The notes under the pieces: generated by a model | Seen by the model: the letters and a program-made list of their open reading frames with translations, nothing else | Databases searched by the model: none | Told to the model about the DNA's origin: nothing | Made by a program: the position numbers and the translations under genes | DNA from: Obrimoposthia wandeli | Lineage: Eukaryota | Assembly (NCBI GenBank): GCA_977020255.1 | Contig: CDROCS010001087.1 | Coordinates: 868,001-932,000, forward strand | Length of the DNA: 64,000 nt | Direction of reading: 5' to 3' | Shown here: positions 1 to 11,014 of the stretch, piece by piece | Layout: every line of letters begins with the position of its first letter | Position numbering within the stretch: the stretch's first letter is position 1

Positions 1-559
1 TTGAAATATGTTTATTTATTTTTAAGTGTAAAAGTTTTTGAAAATTATTTTAATAACTTTTTTTAGAAACGTTTTTGTAAATATTTCTAATGAATCTAAA
101 TTATTGAATTTTAAGTTTATATTGGTTAACATTTAACTTAAAATATATATGATATTTTATATCTTAAAACTATGACTACTTTTATTTAATTTAAAAAACT
201 ATGGTGTTTAATACTTTTATTTAATGTTAAATAGTTTTTATCTTTGTATTTAGTGTAAGAAAGTATTTTTTAAATTTTTAAATGTTTTATTTATTTTTAA
301 GTAGGACATTTTTAAACTATTTTAATTTTGAAAAGTGTTTGTAAAAATTCTAATGAATCTAAATTATTGATTTATAAGTTAAAAAATTTTAAAACAATTC
401 TTCTTCTCTCAAAAAACTGACTACAAAACTTGGCATGTATTCTAAAACACTTTTTTTCTGACGTCAACCACTGCATAAATATACAACAAAAAACTGAAAT
501 TCACAAACTATTTATAATACTAAGTAGAAATCTCAAAAAAATGTCCGACACTATATACT

Positions 560-1302
560 ACTAGGGATGATTTTAAAAGTAAAAAAAATTAGGTATTCCC
601 AAAAAGAATAAAAACTGATATTACATCAGAAGCAAAATTAATTAAAAATTATACTGGGAAACGGCACCTGTTTCCAATCGTGAGACTTCGACACCTGTGA
701 GCCAGCCAATTCCTCGGGGTAAGTCCCCTTAGCTAAGTGCAGTTAATCTATTTCTCTAGGAAAAGTTCAACAGAGGGAAATTTTCAACAGTTTTTGAATA
801 TATATTTACAATCAAAAAGTGTGAACTAAACCCAATTTTGAATATATAATTACAATGTAACAAGTTTTGAAGTAAACTGAAAGAAATCTATTGAAACTAA
901 ATTTTAAAAGTATAGTTAGGCTAAGGTCATCTTTGTTTACCGTGTATTGGACCAAGTGTAATAAGACAAGTTATTGTCAACTGTAGAACCTTTACAGCTA
1001 AGTGTGAATTTAATATAGTCTTTCCTACACATCAAGTAGAGTTAACTCGATCAATCCCATATAGGATTAGAGAGACATGAATTTCTCTATACACGACCTT
1101 ACATTAACGAAAAACTTTTGGTGTACTACGAACACAACTCTCTTCTCAACCGTAATACAAATTACAAAAAAAAACCTTCAGAACTGAGACTAAGTGAAAT
1201 AAAATCAAAAGTTATGCCACATACATATGTAAGCTCTATTGCTACAGAACTCACGTTGGGGGCCTCCATACGAGGATCTAGTTTCAAATAGATAACCCAA
1301 CA
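560..1302 (+). mobile_element. Fragment of LTR-like unit (family of 40025-42884), ending ...CCCAACA
   Basis: Shares aaaccttcag, (t/g)gccac and ctacagaactcacgttggggg...cccaaca with the arms at 40025, 42884, 43694 and 46863. The internal segment ccagcc...cttagctaagtgc resembles the reverse complement of ~41500-41600. Confidence 0.6.
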
Positions 1303-1549
1303 TAACAACAACAAAAATTTCAAAATTTATAAATCACGGGAATTATTTTCTCAAAGGATTTTGGACATCTTCAAATATCATGGCAGTATTTTATTAAATA
1401 TTATTTCAAATTTACTTTAGCTATATGAAATATTAAAGTTATTTACATTCATGAACCGGAATGGAATTTGCAGAATAAACGTAACTGGAAATAATGAAAA
1501 TATGAATAGATCATACCACCGCGAAAAACGTCCTGGAATCATTTTTATC

Positions 1550-1814
1550 AATGTTAAATCTTATATTAACTAATAGAGATCATAAAGATACCTATCGTCA
1601 ATAATCTGGATGGGTGCCTGATAAAGAATATGCAATATATAATGGAGGATATCAATAAAGTAAAAAGTATAAAATAAATTAGATAAATTTGAGGGATGTG
1701 TTTGGATTTTTACAAAATTACAATCTACTTATACATAATGTTTTCATACAGTTAACATGTGTTAGACCAATACATAATGAGCGAATATTTCTGATATTAC
1801 AGGAACTGAAGGTA
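1550..1814 (+). pseudogene. Polinton-type major capsid protein fragment, truncated at the Polinton junction
   Basis: Encodes SGWVPDKEYA...NLRDVFGFLQNYNLLIHNVFIQLTCVR; same sequence as 18270-19030, 25390-26320 and 38140-38790. Confidence 0.55.
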
Positions 1815-2870
1815 TCCGATTTCGTCGAGTTACCGGACGACAGCTGGATGGATTCCATCAATGAAGAGGACTTCCAACAAGCTACAGTTGGATTGCCTTC
1901 GTTAGATACTTCTTCTTTTTTTTTCTGATTATTTTTTAAAATTGTAATTATATATTTTTTATTTTTTATTCAGGAAATACCATGATACAGCCGTTGTCCG
2001 CTACGACAGCTGTGCCTCCCTTGTCGCGAGTGCCTACATCGATGTTTGCACGTCTTAGAGGTAATAAGTTTTTTAAAAATATTTATTTTTAATATATTTA
2101 TTTTAGCAGCATCATCATCTACAACAGCCGCTTCTTCGTCGGCAATGTCGGCTACTTCAAATGCAGCATCTACTGTCTCATCATCTGCGGTACCATCTAC
2201 TACAGCAGCGTCTACATCGGCTGCGATTGCCTCAACTGTTAATATAAATAGTTGTCTTCCCGTTCAATTAGGGGGAGGTTTGTCAGCGACTGTAGGAAGA
2301 AAGAGGATAAATTTCTTAATAAGGTCCTACCCAAAAAACGTAGAGAAAACTACTAATATAGAGTATCAACTAAATAATAAATATGTTATAGTTAAGGTGC
2401 CATTAGGAAATGAAATTTTATTAAACGTAGGTGTAGATTCAAATATTGAAAGTCTTTTAAAATCAGAAGTGACTAAATAAGGACAGGCTAAGGTTCAATT
2501 TTGCGCAACAGTGCAGTTTAAAATGTCAATGATGAGTCTAAAACTTGGGTAATTTCACATAAAGCAACTGTTTTCTATGATAATTATTAACAAAAATCTA
2601 GATGAAAAAAATGCTAATTTTAGCGAGTTAAGTAGTGGGTGGACTATAGTTAGAATTCATGATGTTAGCTTTGTTCTATCAAAGTTCACTGACATGATAT
2701 ATCTTTCGGGGAGTTCATACATTCCTTCACCTAGATCTGTTAGACTTTCGCGTTCCATTTTTAATGTACAAAACAGTGATTACCTTAACTTTCTGTATAG
2801 CATGTTGGTCATTCTCAAAAGGGTTGAAATTACTGAGCACAGATAGCGTGTCAGTGAATATATCATTTTT
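1815..2870 (+). pseudogene. 5' part of spliced Polinton PolB gene
   Basis: Introns at 1906-1973 (donor decayed to AT; GT in copy 2) and 2061-2106 join in frame: DDSWMDS..LPSL|GNTMIQ..RLR|AASSSTT..QLGGGL. Later YLSGSSYIPSPRS..FNVQNSD is typical of this PolB N-terminal region. Frameshifts and a stop are present. Confidence 0.8.
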
Positions 2871-2874
2871 TGTT

Positions 2875-3225
2875 GTTTCAAATATTGTTCCTTCAACTTT
2901 CTTACGTTTGTTTATATTATATTTTTGCTTCATTTTACGTTTAAATCCACTACCTTCTTGGCTTTCATTTGATTTACCTTTTCTAATCAAATTAGCAACG
3001 TCAGGTAAAACATTATCAAGTTCATTAAGTGCATGCTTCTTAAAAGTTGGTATTAGTTAATTGTCCTTAGATGAAAGGTAGTCCTTTCTTAAATTTGATA
3101 CAAATCGCCCGAGTCTCTTTAAAAGAGGAAAGGCAAATCTACCTAATGTTCTAAGACAACTGAATCCATATTGTTTACTAATAAAATATGGTAATTCTCC
3201 ACCTTGTTGGCTTTGACTATAGCTT
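2875..3225 (-). pseudogene. Polinton core/structural protein-like (QxGG motif, basic tail)
   Basis: Minus frame reads YSQSQQGGELPYFISKQYGFSCLRTLGRFAFPLLKRLG...*...SQEGSGFKRKMKQKYNINKRKK. It has one internal stop and follows the penton-like gene. Confidence 0.55.
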
Positions 3226-3617
3226 CACTTATTGCTGAATTCGCCATTTTGTTTTCTTAAATGTATTGTTAAACTTGTCTTGGCTCCGTACGTGAAATCT
3301 ATTAGTTGTCCGGAATCATCTCTAATATTTTCTTCAATATTGTTTATAGAAAAGAGAGCAATTGGCAGATACTTTGGTTGATCTATACGAATACCGATAA
3401 CGTCCCCAACTTTAGTTTGAGTTTGAGATATCCATATTGTTCTCAAAAGTGGAACTCGTAGTCCTCCTACAAGCGTTGGTTCTATTAAATTTATATAAAT
3501 ATATACATGATTTATACTACTTAAATATTTTGCCTTATTTTTAGCTTTAATGTTTTTAAATGTATGGGTTTCAAATGTATTTCTGTTTAAACTGAGGTTT
3601 TTAGCGAGTTTATCATC
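3225..3617 (-). pseudogene. Penton (minor capsid)-like C-terminal half
   Basis: VYIYINLIEPTLVGGLRVPLLRTI...PKYLPI...IEENIRDDSGQLIDF...LTIHLR matches the recalled Polinton penton pattern. Confidence 0.7.
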
Positions 3618-3790
3618 AAATCTTTCTACTACTGCTGCTTTGTACTGCGAAAACACCGAGTAGTGATTTATCTTATTTTGTTTAAATAATGATTGAACTT
3701 GCTTATTATAAAATTCTTTTCCTAAATCAGTTTGCACGTATGCTTCTCTGTATTTTCTTCATTTATAAAAAGTGAAATTTAAATAATGTT
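3618..3790 (-). pseudogene. Retroviral-like (rve) integrase fragment
   Basis: QTDLGKEFYNKQVQSLFKQNKINHYSVFSQYKAAVVERF contains the second catalytic D and the E of the DDE core. Confidence 0.85.
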
Positions 3791-3959
3791 TATATTCGAA
3801 GCCATTTAAGTTTTATTTTATTTCTAACAACAGATTTAATTAATTTATTCACTTCTTTTTTCTTAATGATTTTTTAAAATTTCTTAGACTTTACTTTACG
3901 TTTACGTTTCACTATCAACTTTTTAAAAGGCATTATAAATTTATTTTTTATAATTGTTC

Positions 3960-4617
3960 TCTATTTGTTTATAAACAGTTACTCCCTTAGAATTAAATAT
4001 GTCTGTTAAAACACATAAATCATCTGAGCAAGCTTGTGTAAAGTCAATAAATATATACCCATGTGCTTGTTTAGCAGCATCATGGAATGAATCAACTAGA
4101 AAGTTCTTATTTTGGGGAAATGTCTATCTGGCTACGAAACTGTTTGATCTCTAGGATTTTTAAATAAAATTAAGTAATGTACATTAAGATTTCTTGCCTC
4201 TGATGACCTCCTTAGTGAAAATGATTTTGAATGATAAATATAACTGTTACTTCACGATGTCTTGCAATCTTTGTAAATAAATTATTAAAGTCCGATTCCT
4301 TGTTAGCTTCCTGATACAAATCATCAATTATTATTACATCTTCTTTTATCAATCTTTCACACCAATTTGCATCAAATCATTCAATAAATTTTATTCCCTT
4401 CAACTTGCAAACTTCTGTTTTGTTTAATCCGCTTTACCCTCCTTCAACATGATGCCAATAAATATTTTTGAAACTAGAATTAAAAAGAGATTTATTTTGC
4501 AACAATTTACATACAAAATGTATCTTTCCACTTCCACTGGGGCCTATTTGAAATAAAGCATTATTATTTAGCTCCATTACATATACTCTTTTATTTTAAT
4601 ATTGTTTTTATTATCAT
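3960..4617 (-). pseudogene. A32/FtsK-like packaging ATPase
   Basis: Walker A GPSGSGK(I) at 4521-4544, Walker B DVIIIDD at ~4319-4340 and C-terminal HGYIFIDFTQACSDDLCVLTDIF; frameshifted. Confidence 0.85.
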
Positions 4618-4895
4618 AGAAGTTTCCTTATTGAAATGTACAATGTTAGAGCTATTGTAGATGAAATACAAAAATTAATCAATGAATATTTGGCTATATT
4701 TTTATTTATTTGTGTTTGATTTCTAAATTCTCGAATAACATGTGATTTAACCAATATTTCAACGTTATTTCTTGTTATAACATTATTTTTTAATTCTGAT
4801 AAAATTTCTTTACCCCTAATTTTTCCAGAAAATATTTTGTCGACAAGACAATCCATTTCATTGTTTATATTTATAGTATTATTCATTTGAAACAA
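4614..4895 (-). CDS. Small Polinton ORF with hydrophobic C-terminal segment
   Basis: Open 93-aa ORF between the TBP-like and ATPase genes; ends LINFCISSTIALTLYISIRKLL. Confidence 0.4.
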   Translation of the reverse strand: MFQMNNTININNEMDCLVDKIFSGKIRGKEILSELKNNVITRNNVEILVKSHVIREFRNQTQINKNIAKYSLINFCISSTIALTLYISIRKLL

Positions 4896-4952
4896 AAGGT
4901 TTAAAAGGGTTTGTTTAAAGAAAAGATAACAAAATGTAATAAGATATATTTT

Positions 4953-5420
4953 CTAAATCGAATCAACAATGTCTGGATATTCAAAATTTTTCAATCCCAA
5001 TATCGTAACTTTACTACTGGAAAATATATTTACACATAGCGATTTAAACTTCAAATAACTGAGAGCAGGAAAAATTTCCGGTTCAAACATGCACTCCACT
5101 TTCATTTTCTTTGCAATTTTATAAAGATTTATTTGTTTCCCGAGATTAGCTGAAATTGTGATTGATTGTATTCCAGTGATTCGAATTCCAAATGGTAAAT
5201 TGATCTGAAGCAAAGGTATTTTGCATCCCATAACACGACAACTTCGTAAAAGAATTTAAAATGAAAATAAAATAAAAAAACTAACCTGTGGCAAAAATAA
5301 GAACTGTGAAATTGTCAAACGAAACATCATCTTCTATTCTACATTTATAATTTATATTTATGAGTTTCAATAGACTAAAATTGTATTCTGTAAATTCTTC
5401 TTTATATATGTCTGAATCAG
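4953..5420 (-). pseudogene. TATA-binding-protein-like gene with one short intron
   Basis: Exon ..LININYKCR..TVLIFATG, then a gttag.. AT-rich intron (~5245-5286, acceptor degenerate), then CRVMGCK..QSITISANLG..FEPEIFPALSY..CVNIFSSSKVTILG. This parallels TBP YEPELFPGLIY..LIFVSGKVVLTG. Confidence 0.75.
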
Positions 5421-5620
5421 CTTTTTATTGCACATTTCTGGTAATTATCTTGCAAACCTATTATAATTGGATGATATATTTCTTCCAATCAATTTTGATT
5501 TTTTAATATAGATTTAGTCCAATCAAATTCAATGCTTTAGTTATATTAGTTATATGAGATTCATGTATTTGTTACAAATTAGTATAAAAGAATGCACCAT
5601 TGGAGGACAAATCATAATAA

Positions 5621-5971
5621 ATGCATTCATATCAAAGACAATTATCAATGATGTACGATAGCCAACGGATATTAAGCGGTGACGAAGATTTAGAAATGTT
5701 TGAAGAATCGGATAAGGATATGTATGAAGAAGTGAAACAATATCTCAAATACAAAGTCAGATTCTTAAAGAAGCCTCAACTGATTGCTTTAGTAAATCCT
5801 GTGACAATTGAAAGAAGAAAGTTCAGCTATTATCTATCAAATATTCAAAAACCAGATTTTCAATATCTTGAACAGAAAGTTGAAAAGGCAGTTCCGAATT
5901 TTACTTTCAATAAGAACGAATTTTATATCCGAGGAACCGATGCAGCATTTCTAGATGACTATGGAAGATAA
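5621..5971 (+). CDS. Hypothetical 116-aa Polinton accessory protein
   Basis: Uninterrupted ATG-to-stop ORF, divergent from the TBP-like gene; no family recognised. Confidence 0.45.
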   Translation: MHSYQRQLSMMYDSQRILSGDEDLEMFEESDKDMYEEVKQYLKYKVRFLKKPQLIALVNPVTIERRKFSYYLSNIQKPDFQYLEQKVEKAVPNFTFNKNEFYIRGTDAAFLDDYGR

Positions 5972-6268
5972 ATATATGTTGGTGCGTTTACAAAAAGGAA
6001 GCAATGGACTGTAACAATATGACTTTATGGTTACAAGAAAGAAAAAATTGGAACAAAGTTACCTATGTAGAAAATTAAACGTTCTCATATCCCTATGTTT
6101 TAACTTTTTACTTTCATTTTGCATGAATAAATTGTAATCGGTTTTATTCATTTTTACTATGTTTCTTTCATTTGGCAACTAATAATTAGTTTTATTTTTC
6201 ATAATATTTGTATCTTATATGTATTTTTTTTATAAACATTGTTTTTTAATCAATTTCCTTATTTTGGA

Positions 6269-6680
6269 ATGGATCTTCTTCTGAGATATGTAGGAAATTT
6301 TTATTATCCAGAAATAATTTTAAAAGGAAAACTATGTAATATATTAAAGAGGCATCAAATTATATGAGTTATGAATCCTGTGAAAATATCAAAAGTGGAG
6401 AATAAATATATCATCGAAATTTTAACAATATCTGATATTGATCAATTGAAAAATATTTTGGGATTTTACATTCTTGATTATGTATATGAAGGAAATTATT
6501 TTTAGCTTGAAACTGATCCCAGTCTGGCTTTTAGAGATGATCTAAGATATTTGATTGCTCCAATTTTAGATGAAGAACTATGGAATATTTCAATACGTCT
6601 CAATGGATATTTTGCTGACGACGGGAAAATGCTGCCTCTTTGGACTTTGAGTGAAGTCAATATGGTGTTTTATATATGAT
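6269..6680 (+). pseudogene. Terminal Polinton ORF (ILGFYI.DY..WNISIRLNGYFADDGK)
   Basis: Homologous to minus-strand 49958-50370; contains stops. Confidence 0.55.
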
Positions 6681-9631
6681 TTAATAAATGTTTTGAAAAG
6701 AATTTTGACTCGTATTTTGTATTTCTCCTCTAAATTATATAAATCTGACCTAGTTTTTCTTTCATAAATTATTAATCTCAAATCTTTCTTAAAAATAGTA
6801 GTAATATATTCACATAAACATATTATTTGAAATCTCGTCTGCGATTAGCCCGTGGGTCAATACGGTCTTCTGTGATCATCTCTAATAACCTTTGAGATTA
6901 GCGGTAAAATTCAAAGTAAAATAATTGGTATTAATTTTATTCAAAATATGAGTTAAAAAATAGACTTATGAATTTGTCATTTATAGTGATATGACACGAT
7001 ATATACATGTGTAGTTGTAATAGTGAGAGTTGGTGTGGAGGTATGTGTAGATGGATAAAATTAATGAAAAATTCTATAGCGACCGGAGGGCGCAAAAATG
7101 ATAGTCATATTCGCACCCGGAGGACGCAAATTGTCGTCGCCCGTGGGGTGCGTTGTGGCGGCCGCACTCCCCACCCCCATATGGAGATGACTTTAAACTT
7201 AACATTTTCGAATCAGCAAAATAATTTTAATCAAGCATTAATTAGCAGCCAATATAATATTGTTAACATGTATACTTTTTTCGCCATTTTTCATTTATGG
7301 ATAGTTTCTATATCATCTTCACTACTTTGTTCATGTTTACTTTTAAGCCTTATATTTAAAATTTTGTAAGTCGTGGAAGTTTAGCCTAGAAGTGACAATA
7401 GCATTCATAAACATTATGGGGGTTTATTTGAATATTTTTTAAAAACTTATTCTTCTTGTTTCACAATTAACTTGAGAATTAAATTTCTTATCAAAAATAA
7501 ATCCTTGATTATTTTATTGAATATTTTTAATTGTTACAAATTTTGGAATCCAACATAAATGAACTCTTTTTCTCCTATAAAGGAAGTTATTGAAGCAGAA
7601 ATCTTGTTCAAAAATTCTTCATAAAAAATTCTTAACAATATTTGCCAGAAACAATGTTAAATATTAGCTACCCAAAAACATAAACAGAAATATAAATAAA
7701 TCACATTTTTAAATTTGTACGTAATAATATTAAGTTTTCTAAGGGTTTTATAAATTTACGTAGTTTTAAACAATGTTAAATATAAAATCTACTTAATGAA
7801 AATATGTTTAAACCCTGATAAACAATGACAAAATAATTATTAAAATTCTTATTAAATAATTATAATTTTCATAATAGTATCAGTTTTAAACATATTTACA
7901 ATGTTAATTTAAACATGAATATATGAATATATTTTCAAATAATGGACATGAAGAGCAAATTTTTGCTAATCAAATTGTTAAGGATAATTTTAAAAAATTA
8001 AATATTATAAAAATATGTTATTTCTATCTTCCAATACTTCAGCTGTGAGATATTTGTTAAATATCTACTGTTTTATTTCATCTATTATATTTTCCGTTGC
8101 ACTGAAATTCTCCAAATATGAGTTTGAATTACTTGCAGCATATATCTGTATGTTTTCAGACCATAAATGATATTGAATTTCCAGTAGTCTAAATATAATC
8201 TTTATCAAATTCGTATAAATAAAATAAAAGTTGAACCCTGAATCACGCCATGAAGTAATCAATATTTTAAATATTATATATAGCAGTTGCTTTTCTTTTT
8301 TATATATAAGATGAATGACTTCTTTTTAAATGTTTAAATACTGCATTTTTACTTTCGGTTTATTTAAAAGACTAAATTTTAAAAGTTATTTTTGTCTCCT
8401 GGTTTTAACATATAAATGTAACAGTTGGTCTAGTTTAATTTTTTCCAAAACATGTTTTATTTTCAGTGTTGCAAATCTATTCAGAGTAGTTATTGGAATT
8501 AAATAGTTTTTTCTTGTAGTTCTATCACATCACCTATGACATTCAGATTTATTTCTAACGATTATTTAAGTGCATTAGAAAAATAATTTATTGTTATGGA
8601 AGATATACTTTTTTCTGGAATCTTTTTTTTTGTGTTTCCATTCAATTTTTTTATTATTTTAAATCAAAAGTAATTAAATTCGAGATCATATACTGATCAT
8701 AAGCAAAATAATTCATTAGTGTAAAATATATTCTTTAGTAATCAGTAAGTCAATAGTATATGTCACAGGCTGAATAAAATTATTTGAATTGAATAAATCC
8801 AGAAGAAACTTGGAGAAAAAATAACAATCACTCGTGGTTTATGGTTACCTGCAATGGCAAAATACTGGTCTGTATTAACTCTAATAAAGAGTTAAAAGGG
8901 AACGTCTAACATCACAAGCGCTTTTGTGATTGCAACAGCCATATGTCGCCCATTTGAGAAGGTTGCCAGCTGTTGTAAAGTTCTAGAAGAAGTGATTATA
9001 ACGAAAGGGTTCACTTGTTGCTCAGATTTTATAATAGTATTGCTGGAAAAAATCGAATGCCCGAAGATGAAAACGCAAATTTTAAATAAATTGAAGACGC
9101 AAATTGATTATTAAAATATATATTATTTTTAAATAAACGGTTTCCCTGAATTCCAACGAGTTCATTCATTTCTTTAACGTTATTTTTTACCGATTGTTTC
9201 GAGAGGAAATTTAATCTAATCCAATCCATTCATTTGTTCTTGGATTGGGAGTGTGATTTATGTATTTATAGAGTGTCATTCATTTATCTATAACACTTAA
9301 TTTATTTAAAACAGACGTATTTTAGTATACATTTAATTTATCCATTTTACATTTTGAAATTCGTTTTTAGCAAATAATTTCATAATCTCTTTTTGATACA
9401 TGATTTCCTATTTTGGATAACCATTTTTTTCACACATATGTCTGTTTTCTCTCAAAATTGATTAAAATATTTATTTATTTACACTGAATTCTCGAAATAC
9501 TGTTCTAAATATTCAAAATTATTTATATAATAATTTGACCAATAGAATATTTAGTATTAAAATATTTTACAATATCCGAATTATTCGTCAGCATCGGTTA
9601 TAAAACTAACACATCTTAAAAAGTATTCAAA

Positions 9632-11014
9632 ATGTTTCAACATAAAGACAATTTAATATTAGAAAATGTGTGGAATTCCTTTGACAATCCACAAAGTGAA
9701 ATCAAGGTGGAACTAGAATTAGAGAGCAATAATTTACAACAGATTGTAAGTAATTTTGTGGGAAAGGAAGTGATACCATTAAATGGAAATTCTACCAATA
9801 AGGAAAGTGATCAAGATGAAGACGAAATGGAAATCGATGAAAATCAGTTAACCGGAAACTGTGAATCTCCGTCAGAGGGCAATGCAGTTGTATTTAATTC
9901 GTTGAAAAATGGCATATATATGCGAGTAAATGAATTGTGGGAGGTGATAAAGTCGACGAAAATAGAGGATATTCACAAGAAGATACCAAATGGCGTGAAA
10001 GAATTTGTATTTTTTGTTATGAAAAATGACGTGAAAAGTTCATCTTCGACGTCAGGACAAACTTGCAACTTCCCGGATGATTGTGGAACTTGGGACCGCA
10101 GAAAGACTTCGTCAACGACATCTCAATATATCATAGACAAGAAAGGTCATATCCAAAGCGTGGATCTGATAAACGGTGTCTATGGAATCCATAAAGTACA
10201 AAACAAAGTTCACAGCTTCATTCCTCTTGAAGAACAACCGGATGAAATTATACAAATGTGTCGAACCTATTACAAGCTGGAGAAAGTACCACAATTATGC
10301 AAGAGAGTGACACGTCTAGAGATAGTTCCAACCTGTTTTCAGCTGGCAATTCCAAACATTGCCGTTGTGGAGTATATCGGGAGAATACCAAAGAACACAG
10401 TGGCAGAACAAGATATTGCAATAACATCTGATAAAGTAAGTCGGTCCATAAAGAAGCCACCGAGAAAACCACGTAAAAGGCCCGAACAACAATTTTTAAA
10501 AGTGGGGTTCATGATAAAACTTCTGTGTGACAAGTCCCACACAAACTTGGTTACTTTATCGCAAATTCCAAAAGGAATCCAAGAAAACTGTTTCCATGTC
10601 GTCAAGGATACTGCTGACCAAAATATTAACAATAAAAGCAAGTTGAACAACTTCAAGGACGAATGTGGCGACTGGGTCATAAAAGAGTCTTCGTCAACGA
10701 AAACCTACTACGACATGAGTAATATGAGCCGCATTTGCACCATACAGCGTCGGGGTGGTAAATTTGGGGCTTACCAGAAGGGCACACACATATTCGAGCC
10801 ATTCCAGATTCAGCCCCGCGAAGTACTGACATTGCAGCGTGTCTACTACAATCTTTGCGAAGACGACTCCGTTTACCAGAAGAGGGTCACACGATTCTTG
10901 GGGGTCCCCAAGTCAATGGGATTGTCACATAGTCCAGAAATCGCTTTAGTGGAGTATGCAGGTTGCCACCCCAATCCTGGAGACACTGCCAGGTCCAAGG
11001 TGGAACTCTTATAA
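9632..11014 (+). CDS. 460-aa protein with two tandem CG-1-like (Mutator N-terminal type) putative DNA-binding domains
   Basis: Intact single-exon ORF. It repeats IP.G..E..F.V...NF.D.CG.W...R.YY.L......KRVTR...IA.VEY.G, which parallels CG-1 P.G..F..F..DG..W...YY.......QRR.YW...IVLVHY. The family call is by eye. Confidence 0.65.
   Translation: MFQHKDNLILENVWNSFDNPQSEIKVELELESNNLQQIVSNFVGKEVIPLNGNSTNKESDQDEDEMEIDENQLTGNCESPSEGNAVVFNSLKNGIYMRVNELWEVIKSTKIEDIHKKIPNGVKEFVFFVMKNDVKSSSSTSGQTCNFPDDCGTWDRRKTSSTTSQYIIDKKGHIQSVDLINGVYGIHKVQNKVHSFIPLEEQPDEIIQMCRTYYKLEKVPQLCKRVTRLEIVPTCFQLAIPNIAVVEYIGRIPKNTVAEQDIAITSDKVSRSIKKPPRKPRKRPEQQFLKVGFMIKLLCDKSHTNLVTLSQIPKGIQENCFHVVKDTADQNINNKSKLNNFKDECGDWVIKESSSTKTYYDMSNMSRICTIQRRGGKFGAYQKGTHIFEPFQIQPREVLTLQRVYYNLCEDDSVYQKRVTRFLGVPKSMGLSHSPEIALVEYAGCHPNPGDTARSKVELL

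Larger units (their letters stand above)
1..1814 (+). repeat. Direct duplication, copy 1 (partner 16479-18537)
   Basis: Near-identical to 16479-18537 from ttgaaatatgttt to caggaactgaaggta. This copy lacks ~245 bp present at ~17266-17510 and then joins Polinton sequence. Confidence 0.95.
1815..7200. mobile_element. Internally deleted Polinton/Maverick-like element, copy 1
   Basis: Holds a PolB 5' part (+), core/penton/integrase/ATPase/TBP-like remnants (-) and a terminal ORF. 1815-2870 and 6240-6920 match the reverse complement of ~52850-53850 and ~49720-50390. Confidence 0.85.

Noticed and set aside
1255-1280. TGGGGGCCTCC.. read as a tRNA-Pro PBS
   Set aside because: The match needs several indels. 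The motif occurs at both ends in inverted orientation and pairs with downstream CCCCAAC, so it lies inside the terminus.
1689-1928. 79-aa ORF as a real gene
   Set aside because: Chimera of capsid pseudogene and PolB exon 2 reading into a decayed intron.
10112-10680. Minus-strand ORFs here and plus-strand ORFs at 37095-37525
   Set aside because: Antisense shadows of the CG-1-like coding sequence.
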